Of a stretch of 64,000 nt of DNA, positions 18,991 to 29,674 are shown in pieces (the first letter of the stretch is position 1; every line of letters starts with the position of its first letter). Position numbers and translations under genes: made by a program. The notes below the pieces were generated by a model that saw only the letters and a program-made list of their open reading frames with translations, did no database searches and was not told the DNA's origin. Origin of the DNA: Pelagibacteraceae bacterium AG-319-F18 (GTDB taxonomy: Bacteria > Pseudomonadota > Alphaproteobacteria > Pelagibacterales > Pelagibacteraceae); contig QBXA01000004.1 of NCBI GenBank assembly GCA_003283905.1, positions 11,975 to 75,974 of the forward strand, given 5' to 3'.

Positions 18991-19031
18991 AAAGATTACA
19001 TTAAGTGAAATAAAAATGAAAAATTAGCCTG

Positions 19032-19493
19032 ATGATAAAATATTTTATTTATATTTTTTTAAGCTTATCATTTTTTAATTTATCATTAGCAAAAGATGTA
19101 AACATACAAGAAAATATTAATCTTAGCTTTGTGTGTGAGTTAGATAAAAAAATAATTAAAAACTCAGAATATAATTATAAAACTTTTTTAGCTAAAGATT
19201 TAAATGAAAAGAGTTTGGATAAATTTAAAATTGAAGCAATAAAACCTGAAACACTTTTTATTGATGGATTGTCATTATTTCTTTCTGAGTCAGAAAAATT
19301 AAATGTTAAAATAGTTAATAAGGATGTAGTTTTGTTTAAAGCAACTGATCAAGAAAGAAAATATTCAGAGTCAGCTATTATAGATAGAAAATCCGGTGAA
19401 TTAATTCATGAAATTACCAGAAATATTAAAAGTGAAAATTCTGAAAAAGATATTTCTTTTTATTTATGTAGTAAAAAGGAGAAAAAAGTCTGA
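19032..19493 (+). CDS. Hypothetical exported protein
   Basis: 153 aa with N-terminal signal peptide (…FFNLSLA-K) and two Cys. Confidence 0.65.
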   Translation: MIKYFIYIFLSLSFFNLSLAKDVNIQENINLSFVCELDKKIIKNSEYNYKTFLAKDLNEKSLDKFKIEAIKPETLFIDGLSLFLSESEKLNVKIVNKDVVLFKATDQERKYSESAIIDRKSGELIHEITRNIKSENSEKDISFYLCSKKEKKV

Positions 19494-19527
19494 TTTTTTT
19501 TTAAATGAATTTGTGTAAAATATTAAA

Positions 19528-19905
19528 ATGAAAAAATATCTTATAAGTATAATTTTAGGACTGTTAATTACATCAGCAGCTTTAGCTCGTAGCACAGGAT
19601 GCAAAGAAGGTAATTGTGAAAATGGTTACGGTAAATGGGTTTATACAGATAAAACAACTTATGAAGGTGAATGGGTAGGAACAAAAAAACATGGACAAGG
19701 AACTGAAACTTGGCCAAATGGATACATTTACAAAGGCGAATTTAAAAATAGTTTGTGGAGTGGCATGGGAACCTTAAGTTTTCCTGATAGCTCAACATAT
19801 GAAGGAGAGTGGACTAATGGTTTTATGAATGGGAAGGGAACTTTTACATGGGCTAATGGAAAGCAAATAACTGGAATTTGGAAAAATGGAAAATTACAAG
19901 AATAA
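19528..19905 (+). CDS. Exported MORN-repeat protein
   Basis: Signal peptide, CxxGNCENGYG, repeated YEGEW...HGQG / YKGEF / YEGEW...NGKG units. Confidence 0.85.
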   Translation: MKKYLISIILGLLITSAALARSTGCKEGNCENGYGKWVYTDKTTYEGEWVGTKKHGQGTETWPNGYIYKGEFKNSLWSGMGTLSFPDSSTYEGEWTNGFMNGKGTFTWANGKQITGIWKNGKLQE

Positions 19906-20456
19906 TGTCAAACGAAAACTATTTAGATAAAATAAAAGAGTTACCGGAAGCTATTAAGCAACTTTTAGGTTTAGTTGCAATAATGATGATTATATTTTTA
20001 TCTTTTTTTGTATTAAATAATATTTTTGGAGAAGGAGATGAATTAGTTGCCAAAATGAAAATAGAAGAAGAGAGAATAGCACAAGAGAGAAAGCTCAATA
20101 AGCTAATCTCAAGTTTACCTTCAGGAATTTTAGTATCTTTTGATGGAACTGATCATTTTAGATTAACCGATGAAGTGTATGAGAAAGTTTGCAATGCCAC
20201 AAAACTTATTCCACAGCGTGCAATTATGGGGGCAAATTTTTTAAATTATAGAGCTCATGAAATTTATACAATGAATGGTAATAAAATTAGTGAAACTTTT
20301 GTTAAATGGGACGAAGAAAAAAATAAATGCCTTGCTGGATTTGTAGTTAGCGGGAAAAATGTTGGTGTAGATGAAACAATCACAGTAAGTGGTGAGGCTT
20401 TAAGTTTTTTAAGTACTGGAATTGATACAAGAGTTTATTTTATTAAAAATTTTTAA
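19905..20456 (+). CDS. Hypothetical single-pass membrane protein (likely start ATG 19905 rather than 19878)
   Basis: TAATG stop/start overlap with the MORN gene; one TM helix then a coiled segment. Confidence 0.65.
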   Translation: MSNENYLDKIKELPEAIKQLLGLVAIMMIIFLSFFVLNNIFGEGDELVAKMKIEEERIAQERKLNKLISSLPSGILVSFDGTDHFRLTDEVYEKVCNATKLIPQRAIMGANFLNYRAHEIYTMNGNKISETFVKWDEEKNKCLAGFVVSGKNVGVDETITVSGEALSFLSTGIDTRVYFIKNF

Positions 20457-20517
20457 GGAGAAAGAAGATTATATAGATTTTATTTTATCTTAATTTCGTA
20501 TAACCTGATTATAAATT

Positions 20518-21549
20518 ATGTCTGAACCCGTAATCAAATGTGAATCTGTTTACAAAATTTTTGGAGAAAACTCTAAAAAAATGCTTGAAGAAGCAAATGG
20601 TAATGTAGACGCAAAAACTTTTCAAGAAAAAGGATGTATTGTAGGAGTTAACAATGCCTCTTTTGAAGTTTCAAAAGGAGAAATGCTAGTTGTAATGGGT
20701 TTATCTGGCTCCGGTAAATCTACATTACTTAGATGCATTTCTAGATTAACAGATGCAACTGGTGGAAAAATTTTTATAGAGGGTCAAGATTTACTTCAAT
20801 TAAATAACAAAGAATTAATTGATCTTAGAAGAAATAAAATGGGAATGGTTTTTCAAAGTTTTGCTCTACTACCTCACAAAACAGTTGTAGAAAATATTGC
20901 ATTTCCCCTCCAAATTAAGGGGATAAAAACTGAAGACAGTATTAGTAAAGCCATGGATATGGTTAAGCTTGTTGGTCTTGATGGAAGAGAAAACTATTTT
21001 CCAAGAGAGCTTTCGGGAGGTCAACAGCAAAGAGTAGGTATTGCAAGATCATTAGCTGTAGAACCAGATATTTGGTTTTTGGACGAACCTTTTTCTGCAT
21101 TAGATCCATTAATTCGAAAAGAAATGCAGGATGAGTTTTTAAGACTTCAAGAAAAATTGCAAAAAACAATTATGTTTATTACCCATGATTTTGATGAAGC
21201 CTTAAAGCTTGCTGATCGAATTGCAATTATGAAAGATGGTATTATTGAACAGTTAGACACACCAGCAAATATTGTGCTTAACCCAGCAACCGAATATGTG
21301 AGAAAATTTACAGAAGAAGTTCCTAGAGAAAAAGTTTTATTAATTGAAGATGTGATGGATGCTGCTACTTCTGATAATTTAAGTGATTTAAAAGTTTCAA
21401 AAGATGAGATTATTGAAAATGTTGCAGAAAAAATTCTAACTCAAGAAAAAACAGTAGTTGTAATAGATAATAACAATAAAATTGTAGGTTCTATTAATCC
21501 GTCAAAAATAATTAATACAGTTTTTGGAGGAAGAAAAAATAGTAATTAA
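20518..21549 (+). CDS. tmoW: TMAO/betaine ABC transporter ATP-binding protein (ProV-like)
   Basis: Walker A GLSGSGKST, LSGGQQQRVG, FLDEPFSALDPLIR. Confidence 0.82.
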   Translation: MSEPVIKCESVYKIFGENSKKMLEEANGNVDAKTFQEKGCIVGVNNASFEVSKGEMLVVMGLSGSGKSTLLRCISRLTDATGGKIFIEGQDLLQLNNKELIDLRRNKMGMVFQSFALLPHKTVVENIAFPLQIKGIKTEDSISKAMDMVKLVGLDGRENYFPRELSGGQQQRVGIARSLAVEPDIWFLDEPFSALDPLIRKEMQDEFLRLQEKLQKTIMFITHDFDEALKLADRIAIMKDGIIEQLDTPANIVLNPATEYVRKFTEEVPREKVLLIEDVMDAATSDNLSDLKVSKDEIIENVAEKILTQEKTVVVIDNNNKIVGSINPSKIINTVFGGRKNSN

Positions 21550-21552
21550 ATT

Positions 21553-23706
21553 ATGGAATTAATAAAAAAATATCCAAAGTTATTTCAATGGTTATTTTTA
21601 TTAATTGTATTTTTTGCGCTATGTTTTGCAATAGATGTTCCAGAAACATACAAATTTATAAGAGGCCAAGCAGAATTCATTAAAGATCCAAATCAAAGTA
21701 CATACGTTCTATTTGGTAAAGAGGTAAGATATTATGCCTTTGATGTCTTTTGGAGACTCCCTCCATTGCTTGGATGGTTGCCTATTTGGATAAATGACTC
21801 TTTATTTTTCTTAATGAATGAATGGATGCCGATGGAGTTTTGGAACGAGGATACTCAAGAATTTAAAACCCGACCTTTGCTATTACAAATAAGTAGAAAT
21901 TTAACTTATTTTATGACGTTTTTAATAGAATTAATTAGAGAAATTTTAATAGGTGGAAAAAATACTGTTGTTGCATTTACGAGTTGGGAGTGGATTAGTG
22001 AAAATCCTTGGGCAGAGTTACCAGGGCTACCTTGGACAATTGTTGCAGCAGGTGCTGCAATCCTGGGTTATAAACTAAGTGGTAAGGGTTTAGCTTTATT
22101 TGCGGGTTTAGTTATGATTTATATTTCCATTTTTGGTCAATGGAAACCTTCTATGCAAACTCTTTCTTTTATATTAATTGCGGCACCGCTGTCATTTATT
22201 TTTGGTTTAGGTTTGGGTATTGCGGCATTTAAAAGTAAACGTGTTGAGAAAGCTTTATATCCAATAATTTTAGTTATGCAAACTATGCCACAATACGCGG
22301 TGTTAGTTCCTGCAATGGTTTTGTTTGGAGTTGGTGATCATGCAGCAGTAATTATAACTATGGTTGTCGCTATTCCACCAATGATATTATTAACTTTATT
22401 AGGTTTAAGAGCAATACCTCCAGAAGTTATTGAAGCAGGTAAAATGAGTGGATGCAATAATTGGCAACTGATGTTTAAAGTATTAATTCCAACAGCAAGA
22501 AGGGATATTTTGATTGGCGTAAACCAGGTCATAATGGTGTGTTTTTCTATGGCAGTTATTTCAGCCTTTATAGCCGCAAAAGGTTTAGGGTATAATTTAC
22601 TATTAGCGTTAAATAGATTGGATATTGGTTTAGCATTAGAAGCAGGCTTATGTATTAGTTTGATAGCAATATTATTGGACAAAATGTCTTTGGCCTGGGC
22701 GAATAAACAAATTGATTATTTTGGTAACCTAACTTTTTTTCAACGTCATAAAAATACATACCTTTTTGGCTTTGCAGTAATTTTAGGAATTATATTTGCT
22801 TATTTTGGATCCTTTTATTTTAAGGAAGGATATAATTACTTATTTGAAGTTCCACACAATAAAGGAATATCAACAGCTGATTTTTGGAATAAAGGAGTTG
22901 ATTGGATTTTCGATGCTTTCTTTGTATATATAAAAGCATTTAATACCTGGTTAATTGTTGAAGTGCTTCAACCAATGAGAGCTTTATATTTAAGAATGCC
23001 TGCAGTAGCTACACTAGTTTTGGTTGTTGGAGCTGGATATATAATTGGAGGAATTCGTTCAGCTTTAGTTGTTTGTGGATTGACATTATTTATAGCTTTA
23101 AGTCCATGGTGGGATAGAGCATTAGTAACAACATACATGGCAACTTTTGGAGTTATCATATCTTGTATAATTGGATTTACAGTTGGAACTTTGTGTTTTC
23201 AAAATAAACATTCAGCAAGTTTTATGTTAGCAGTTTGTGATATTTTTCAAACTTTTCCGTCATTTGTATATTTAATCCCAGTAATGATGCTTTTTGGTAT
23301 AACAGATACATCGGTGTTAATTGCAGTGATAGTTTACGCAACTATACCTGCAACAAGATACACAATTGAGGGCTTAAGAAGTGTTCCTGCTGCATTACAT
23401 GATGCCGCAACAATGTCAGGTGTAACGAAATTCCAAAGATTATTTAAAATAGAATTTCCTCTAGCTTTTCCTCATATGATGCTTGGTTTAAATCAAACGA
23501 TAGTATTTGCCTTATTTATGGTGATTATTGGGGCATTTATTGGAACAGAAGATCTAGGACAATATATTTTAAAAGCTTTGTCTGACAAAAAAGGTGCTGG
23601 TATAGGATTAACACTAGGGTTTTGTGTTGCTTTTATAGGTTTGATTTTTGATAATCTAATTCGAACCTGGGTAAACCAAAGAAAAAAACATCTTGGAATA
23701 AGTTAA
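21553..23706 (+). CDS. tmoV: TMAO/betaine ABC transporter permease with two fused TM domains
   Basis: Two ProW-like halves (QTMP...EAGKMSG...NQ; QTFP...DAATMSG...NQT). Confidence 0.8.
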   Translation: MELIKKYPKLFQWLFLLIVFFALCFAIDVPETYKFIRGQAEFIKDPNQSTYVLFGKEVRYYAFDVFWRLPPLLGWLPIWINDSLFFLMNEWMPMEFWNEDTQEFKTRPLLLQISRNLTYFMTFLIELIREILIGGKNTVVAFTSWEWISENPWAELPGLPWTIVAAGAAILGYKLSGKGLALFAGLVMIYISIFGQWKPSMQTLSFILIAAPLSFIFGLGLGIAAFKSKRVEKALYPIILVMQTMPQYAVLVPAMVLFGVGDHAAVIITMVVAIPPMILLTLLGLRAIPPEVIEAGKMSGCNNWQLMFKVLIPTARRDILIGVNQVIMVCFSMAVISAFIAAKGLGYNLLLALNRLDIGLALEAGLCISLIAILLDKMSLAWANKQIDYFGNLTFFQRHKNTYLFGFAVILGIIFAYFGSFYFKEGYNYLFEVPHNKGISTADFWNKGVDWIFDAFFVYIKAFNTWLIVEVLQPMRALYLRMPAVATLVLVVGAGYIIGGIRSALVVCGLTLFIALSPWWDRALVTTYMATFGVIISCIIGFTVGTLCFQNKHSASFMLAVCDIFQTFPSFVYLIPVMMLFGITDTSVLIAVIVYATIPATRYTIEGLRSVPAALHDAATMSGVTKFQRLFKIEFPLAFPHMMLGLNQTIVFALFMVIIGAFIGTEDLGQYILKALSDKKGAGIGLTLGFCVAFIGLIFDNLIRTWVNQRKKHLGIS

Positions 23707-24716
23707 AATTTAATTCTCTCTAATTTTTTTGTTTTTAAAGATTTATTAGCAGTCTCAGCTAAGATTAATGATAATCTACCATCTTCAAAATTTGCTAATG
23801 GTTTAATATTTTTTTTACAGAGTTTTGCTAAATCATTTAACTGAATTTTGTAAGCGTCAGAATATCTTTCAATAAAAAAATTTTTGAAAGTAGATTTATT
23901 ATTAGTTGAATTTTTAGAATAAAAGGTAGTCTCTTGATCTCTTTGATTGTCAGAAATTATCATACCTTTAGAACCAAAAAGTTCAATTCGTTGATCGTAT
24001 CCAAAGCTACAGTGTCTGGAATTAGTAATTATACATTGGACTCCTTTTTTGGTTTTCATTACAACTGTAGCTAATTCTAAATCTTTAGCTTTTTTGAATT
24101 TTTTATCTTTAAAATATTCGCCTGTCGCAAACAAAGAATTAAATTCATCTGATCCAGCATAGTATCTGGCTAAATCAAAATCGTGTATCATCATGTCTTT
24201 AAATATACCACCAGATGTCTTTAAATAGTTTAATGTAGGTGGAGCAGGGTCACGACTTGTTATTATTATCTTTTCTAATTTACCTATCTTACCTTTAAGT
24301 AAATTTTTTTTTAAAGAGTTATGAGCTGGGTCATATCTTCTATTAAAGCCTATTTGAATTTTAGGATTGTATTTAGAAATATTTTTTTTGCATTGATTAA
24401 TTTTTTTTAAATTTAAGTCTAAAGGTTTTTCACAAAAAACTATTTTTTTATTTTTAACTGTCTCTTTTATAAATTTTAAATGAGTTTTGGTACTTGTAGA
24501 TATAAAAATACTTTTAATATTTTTATCTTTAAAAGCTATAGAAGGATTTTTAATAGGTATACATTGATATTTTTTGGATAATTTTTTTGTTAATTTTTTA
24601 TCTATATCAAAAACATATTTTAAATTAAATTCAGGATGATTGATTAAATTTTCAGCATGCATTTGACCAATCCTTCCAAGGCCAAATAAGGCGATATTAA
24701 TTATATTTTTACCCAT
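23703..24716 (-). CDS. iolG: Inositol 2-dehydrogenase (Gfo/Idh/MocA)
   Basis: GLGRIG, FCEKPL, GFNRRYDP, ITSRDP, SGGIFKDMMIHDFD, GYDQRIE. Confidence 0.85.
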   Translation of the reverse strand: MGKNIINIALFGLGRIGQMHAENLINHPEFNLKYVFDIDKKLTKKLSKKYQCIPIKNPSIAFKDKNIKSIFISTSTKTHLKFIKETVKNKKIVFCEKPLDLNLKKINQCKKNISKYNPKIQIGFNRRYDPAHNSLKKNLLKGKIGKLEKIIITSRDPAPPTLNYLKTSGGIFKDMMIHDFDLARYYAGSDEFNSLFATGEYFKDKKFKKAKDLELATVVMKTKKGVQCIITNSRHCSFGYDQRIELFGSKGMIISDNQRDQETTFYSKNSTNNKSTFKNFFIERYSDAYKIQLNDLAKLCKKNIKPLANFEDGRLSLILAETANKSLKTKKLERIKF

Positions 24717-25834
24717 CTTTTTCTTTTAGAAGAAGCTTTGCAGGCATTTATAAACTTTGCCGTTTCTAGTCCCTCATCTTCATTTGGGTAAAAAAATCTT
24801 TTTTTAGATTTAGTTTTTAATGAGTCAGAAAATTCTTTGTAGATATTTGCAAAAGCTTCTAAATAACCTTCCGGATGACCAAATTTAATTCTTGAAAATT
24901 TTTTAGATAATTCTGCATTATGAAATCCTCTTTCAAGCAATTTAACAGCTCCTTTTCCAGGATTTAATTTTAAATAACCAGGATCGTTTTGCACCCATTC
25001 CAAACTACCTTTAGAACCAAATACTCTTATTTTTAAACCATAAACACCGCCTCTTGCCATAACACTTGTCCAAAACATCCCTTTAGCTCCATTAGTAAAA
25101 TTGATCATTACTTGGGCGTTATCATCCATCTTAATTTTATTTGAAATTTGTTTTATATCAGCAAATACTTGTTTTCCTTTTAACCCTGAAATATATGATG
25201 CTAAATGGTATGCGTGTGTTCCAATTTCATTAAGTACAGCTGAAGCTCCAACTATTTTATTATCTATTTTCCATTTTAATTTCTTCTTTGCATTTTTAGA
25301 AGTTATTTTTGTTCCTCCAGACCAATCTTGAATATATTCAACGTTAATATATTCAACCTTACCAATTTTTCCTTTTTCAATTAGTACCTTGGCTTCTCTT
25401 ACCATAGGATAAGAGGAATAATTATGAGTTAGAGCATATTTAATTTTTTTATTAGATTTAATTTTTTTATATAATTTTTTAGCTTGATTTAAATTACCCG
25501 CAAAAGGTTTATCAGAGATAATGTGAATATTTTTATCTATAAATTTTTCAGCTATAACTTGATGACTTGCAGGAGGTGTCATTATTGAAACTACCTCAAT
25601 ACTGTCATTTCTTCTGGACTCTTTATCTGCCATTTCTTTGTAGTTTGAGTAACATCTGTCTTTTTCAATCCCTATACTTTCCCCAAAACTTATTGATAAT
25701 TTTGAATTTCTTGAAAAAACACCAGCAACTATTTTATAACGATCATCAAATCTCGCTGAAATTCTATGTACATGGCCAATCCAAGAATTTGGACCCCCAC
25801 CAACTATTCCTAAAGATAATTTTTTTGTTTTCAT
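24701..25834 (-). CDS. Gfo/Idh/MocA oxidoreductase, inositol-cluster type (likely start MKTKK at 25834)
   Basis: GIVGGG..SWIGHVHR, THNYSSYPMVREA, EIGTHAY, GHPEGYLEAFANIY. Confidence 0.8.
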   Translation of the reverse strand: MKTKKLSLGIVGGGPNSWIGHVHRISARFDDRYKIVAGVFSRNSKLSISFGESIGIEKDRCYSNYKEMADKESRRNDSIEVVSIMTPPASHQVIAEKFIDKNIHIISDKPFAGNLNQAKKLYKKIKSNKKIKYALTHNYSSYPMVREAKVLIEKGKIGKVEYINVEYIQDWSGGTKITSKNAKKKLKWKIDNKIVGASAVLNEIGTHAYHLASYISGLKGKQVFADIKQISNKIKMDDNAQVMINFTNGAKGMFWTSVMARGGVYGLKIRVFGSKGSLEWVQNDPGYLKLNPGKGAVKLLERGFHNAELSKKFSRIKFGHPEGYLEAFANIYKEFSDSLKTKSKKRFFYPNEDEGLETAKFINACKASSKRKRWVKI

Positions 25835-25874
25835 TGTGTTTACAGTTTCATATATCATAACAAAAAAAAATATT

Positions 25875-26774
25875 ATGTCAGTAAAATTAGGAATAGCACC
25901 AATAGCATGGAGCAATGATGACATGCCTGAACTAGGAGGAGATACTCCTTTAGAACAATGTCTTTCAGAGGCAAATGAAGCTGGATTTTCAGGAATTGAG
26001 TCTGGCGGTAAATTTCCAAAAAAATCTGAAGAACTTATTCCTTTATTAGAAAAGTATAACTTAAGATTATGCTCAGGATGGTATGGAGCAAATTTAAGAA
26101 AAAATTCTGTGAAAGATGAAATTGTTGCAATTCAAGAACAGCTAAAACTTTTTCAAGACTGTAAAGCACCTTGCATAGTTTTTGCAGAAGTTTCTGATTC
26201 TATTGCGGGTGATCCAAATAGACCTTTATCAACTAGACCTCAAATGGATAATGAAGAATGGAATGATTTTTGTAAAAAAATTTCAGAAATTGGAAAATAT
26301 CTAGAAGACCAGGGCATGCCATTAGCTTATCATCATCATATGGGAACAGTAATTGAATCACAAAAAGATACAGAAAGACTTTTAGAAAGCACTAATGATC
26401 AAGTTAAATTAATTTTAGACACTGGACATATGCTTTTTGCTGGAGGAAATTCTATTAAAGTAGCTGAAAATTTTAAAGAAAGAATTGTTCACATTCATTG
26501 CAAAGACATGAGAAAAAATATTTTAAATAAATCATTAGAAAAAAATTTAAGTTTTAGACAAGCTTTTTTAGAAGGTGCTTTTACAGTTCCTGGAGATGGA
26601 TGTATAGATTATGAACCACTTTTAAAATTTTTAAAAAAAAATGATTACAATGGCTGGCTTGTAGTTGAAGCTGAGCAGGATCCAGCTAAAGCAAATCCAT
26701 TAGAATATGCAAAAATAGGACACAAGTATTTGTCTAATGCCTGCAAAAATGTAGGTTTAGAAATTATTTTATAA
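25875..26774 (+). CDS. iolE: myo-Inosose-2 dehydratase (likely start MSVKLG at 25875)
   Basis: GIAPIAWSNDDMPELGG, YHHHMGT, LDTGH, HIHCKD, FTVPGDGCID, VVEAEQDP. Confidence 0.92.
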   Translation: MSVKLGIAPIAWSNDDMPELGGDTPLEQCLSEANEAGFSGIESGGKFPKKSEELIPLLEKYNLRLCSGWYGANLRKNSVKDEIVAIQEQLKLFQDCKAPCIVFAEVSDSIAGDPNRPLSTRPQMDNEEWNDFCKKISEIGKYLEDQGMPLAYHHHMGTVIESQKDTERLLESTNDQVKLILDTGHMLFAGGNSIKVAENFKERIVHIHCKDMRKNILNKSLEKNLSFRQAFLEGAFTVPGDGCIDYEPLLKFLKKNDYNGWLVVEAEQDPAKANPLEYAKIGHKYLSNACKNVGLEIIL

Positions 26775-27725
26775 TTTTACTATTTTTGATTTTTCTAATT
26801 TATCATCAAAAAAATCTATAATATTTTGAGTTGTTTCTTTGGCCATTCTCATCATACATTCTTCTGTAAACGCAGCTGTATGAGGACTTAAGAAAACTTT
26901 ATCATTTTTTAGTAAAGGATTATCTTTTTTTGGTGGTTCTGTTTCAAATACATCCAAACCAGCTCCAAATATTAAATTTTCATTTAATGCCTGATTAAGG
27001 TCATTTTCATTTATAATTCCACCTCTTGCTGCATTAATTATTATACAATTTTTTTTCATCGTTTTTAATAAATCTAAGTTTATCATATTTTTTGTTTCTT
27101 GATTTAAAGGGATGTGTAAAGAAATAGCATCCATAGTAGTTACAGTATCTTTTAAATCTTCCACTTTTTTTCCACCTAAAGACTCAATTTTTTTAGATGA
27201 TATGAATGGATCATAAACAAAAACATTCATTTCAAAGCCTAGACATCTTTTAATTAAACACTGGCCAATTCTTCCAAATCCAGCAATTAGGATATTTTTA
27301 CCCCAAATTTCTTGAGTTTTAGGTAATTTATTCCTATCACTAAAATTTCCAGTCTTAACACTGTCGTCATACATATTTTTTCTTTTAGAAATGCTCAGCA
27401 ACATAAACATTACGTGTTCTGCTACAGCTACAGCATTTGCAGTTGCTGTTATTGCAATTGTAATATTATTTTTTTTACAAGTCTCAAGATCAATATTATC
27501 ATAACCTACTCCGTGCCTTGAGATTATTTTAAGTTTTTTTCCAAGATTTATAATTTCCCCTGGTAATTTTCCTGTTCTAAGCGAAGCCCCATCACAATCT
27601 ACAATTTTCTTTTTTAATTCAGGATTATTGACATCATCTATAATTTCAAATTCATAGCCAAGGTGGCTAGATAATATTTCTTTACCCTTTTGGTTTATAT
27701 CTTGGATAATAAGAATTTTTTTCAT
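26769..27725 (-). CDS. D-isomer 2-hydroxyacid dehydrogenase (SerA-like, no ACT domain)
   Basis: RHGVGYDNID, GFGRIG, INAARGG, GLDVFETEP, SPHTAA. Confidence 0.85.
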   Translation of the reverse strand: MKKILIIQDINQKGKEILSSHLGYEFEIIDDVNNPELKKKIVDCDGASLRTGKLPGEIINLGKKLKIISRHGVGYDNIDLETCKKNNITIAITATANAVAVAEHVMFMLLSISKRKNMYDDSVKTGNFSDRNKLPKTQEIWGKNILIAGFGRIGQCLIKRCLGFEMNVFVYDPFISSKKIESLGGKKVEDLKDTVTTMDAISLHIPLNQETKNMINLDLLKTMKKNCIIINAARGGIINENDLNQALNENLIFGAGLDVFETEPPKKDNPLLKNDKVFLSPHTAAFTEECMMRMAKETTQNIIDFFDDKLEKSKIVKL

Positions 27726-27881
27726 AATTCCTTATATATAAATATTATCTCTTTAAAAATCTTTATTTAAAATTTAATCAGTTTATTTAAATAAAACTAT
27801 GTTAATTATATATATAAATTTGAAATTATAAATTATTAAATACAAGAACAATACAGCTAAGAATTATAAAATATAAAAATT

Positions 27882-29063
27882 ATGAATTTATCTATTGATA
27901 AAAATAATTCCGAAAATTTAAGATATTGTAAAAAATGTGTTATGCCAATTACAAAACCTGATTTAGAATTTTATGATGGTAAAATCTGTTCAGCATGTCA
28001 CTTTTTCGAGAAGAGAAAAGAAATAGACTGGAAAAAAAGAGAAGAAAGATTTCATGAAATTTTAAAAAAAAATAAAAATCCCTCAAGCCCATATGATTGT
28101 ATTGTACCATGTAGCGGAGGTAAAGATAGTACTTACCAAACAATAAAAATTTTAGAATTAGGTTATAAGCCGTTGTGTGTTAATGCTTCCACTGACAAAT
28201 TATCCGATCTAGGAAGATATAACATCGAAAATCTGAAAAAACTTGGTGTAGATTTTATAGAAGTTTCCACTAATCCAAATATCAGAAGAAGAATTAATAA
28301 ATTTACACTTGAAACAGTTGGAGATATTTCTTGGGCTGAGCATATTACTATTTTTACAATACCAGTAAGAATAGCTATACAGTTTAAAATTCCTTTAATA
28401 GTTTGGGGTGAAAATCCACAAAATGAGAATGGTGGACCGCTATATAAAGAAGACAACCATATTCTTGATAGATCATGGCTAGAGGAATTTGGAGGTTTAT
28501 TGGGTCTAAGGTCTACAGATATTACAGATCTTATGTCTATAGATATAAAAGAATTATATCTTTACACCTACCCCAGTAATGAAGAAATTAAAAATAATAA
28601 ATCTACAGGAATTTTTTTAGGTCATTTTTTTCCATGGGATGGAGAAGAGAATGCAAAAATAGCTATTAAAAATGGCTTTAAAGTATATCATAAAAATATT
28701 GAGGGATCGATTGTAAATTATGAAAATTTAGATAATGCCCAAATGAGAATTCATGATTATTTTAAATTTCTTAAGTTTGGATATGACAGGGTGACAGATT
28801 GGTGTTGTTGGAAAATAAGAAGAGATAGATTAACTAGAGATGAAGCGAAAGAACTTGTCATTAAATATGGTGGAAAATATCCAATTAATTATCTTGGTTT
28901 TGAATTATCAGAGATATTAAATGAAATAGATTGTTCATTGGATGAGTTCAATTTAATTTGTGACAAGTTTACAAACAAAAAGCTTTTTAAATGTAATAAT
29001 AAAGGTGAATTAATAAAAGACGAAAATCAAAATTTAATTTTAAATAATTCTAAATTTGATTAA
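27882..29063 (+). CDS. N-acetyl sugar amidotransferase (WbuX/PseA family, PP-loop)
   Basis: YCKKCVMP, CSAC, SGGKDS PP-loop, WGEN, HDYFKFLKFGY. Confidence 0.85.
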   Translation: MNLSIDKNNSENLRYCKKCVMPITKPDLEFYDGKICSACHFFEKRKEIDWKKREERFHEILKKNKNPSSPYDCIVPCSGGKDSTYQTIKILELGYKPLCVNASTDKLSDLGRYNIENLKKLGVDFIEVSTNPNIRRRINKFTLETVGDISWAEHITIFTIPVRIAIQFKIPLIVWGENPQNENGGPLYKEDNHILDRSWLEEFGGLLGLRSTDITDLMSIDIKELYLYTYPSNEEIKNNKSTGIFLGHFFPWDGEENAKIAIKNGFKVYHKNIEGSIVNYENLDNAQMRIHDYFKFLKFGYDRVTDWCCWKIRRDRLTRDEAKELVIKYGGKYPINYLGFELSEILNEIDCSLDEFNLICDKFTNKKLFKCNNKGELIKDENQNLILNNSKFD

Positions 29064-29674
29064 TGAGTAGAATTGTAATCGTTGACTACAGCTGTGGAAA
29101 TATTGACTCCGTACAAAGTGCTGTAAATTATCATGGACAAAAAAGTATAATAACAAGAGATTTTGAAATTATTAGAAATGCTGAGAAAATTATATTACCA
29201 GGTCAGGGATCATTTAAAACAGGTATTAAAAATTTAAAAAAGTATGGTCTCTTTGATCTATTAAAAACTAAAACACTTGAAGATAAAGTTCCTATTTTAG
29301 GAATTTGTTTAGGAATGCAAATTTTTGCAACTTATGGTTTTGAAGAAGGAAAAGAATATGGTCTTAATTTAATTCCTGGAAAAGTAGATAAATTGACAAC
29401 TGCTGAGCTTAAATTACCTCATATTGGATGGAATCAAATAAAAAAAAAAAGAGAAGATGCATTGCTCCAAAATATTAAAGATGAAACAGATTTTTATTTT
29501 GTTCATAGTTTTAGTTTTATTTGTGACGATGAGAATGATATTCTAACTACTACAAAATACCAAAATACTTTTGTTTCTGGCGTTTGTAGAAAAAATATTT
29601 TTGGTTTACAATTTCATCCTGAAAAAAGTCTTGCTCCAGGTTTACAAATTATCAAAAATTTTATTAATATTTAA
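29063..29674 (+). CDS. HisH-like class I glutamine amidotransferase (WbuY-type)
   Basis: LPGQG, GICLGMQ, PHIGWN, FYFVHS, QFHPEKS; TAATG coupling to the upstream gene. Confidence 0.85.
   Translation: MSRIVIVDYSCGNIDSVQSAVNYHGQKSIITRDFEIIRNAEKIILPGQGSFKTGIKNLKKYGLFDLLKTKTLEDKVPILGICLGMQIFATYGFEEGKEYGLNLIPGKVDKLTTAELKLPHIGWNQIKKKREDALLQNIKDETDFYFVHSFSFICDDENDILTTTKYQNTFVSGVCRKNIFGLQFHPEKSLAPGLQIIKNFINI

Noticed and set aside
25836-25924. Apparent head-to-head overlap of the Gfo gene and iolE in the ORF track
   Set aside because: An artefact of longest-ORF starts; family N-termini place the starts at 25834 and 25875
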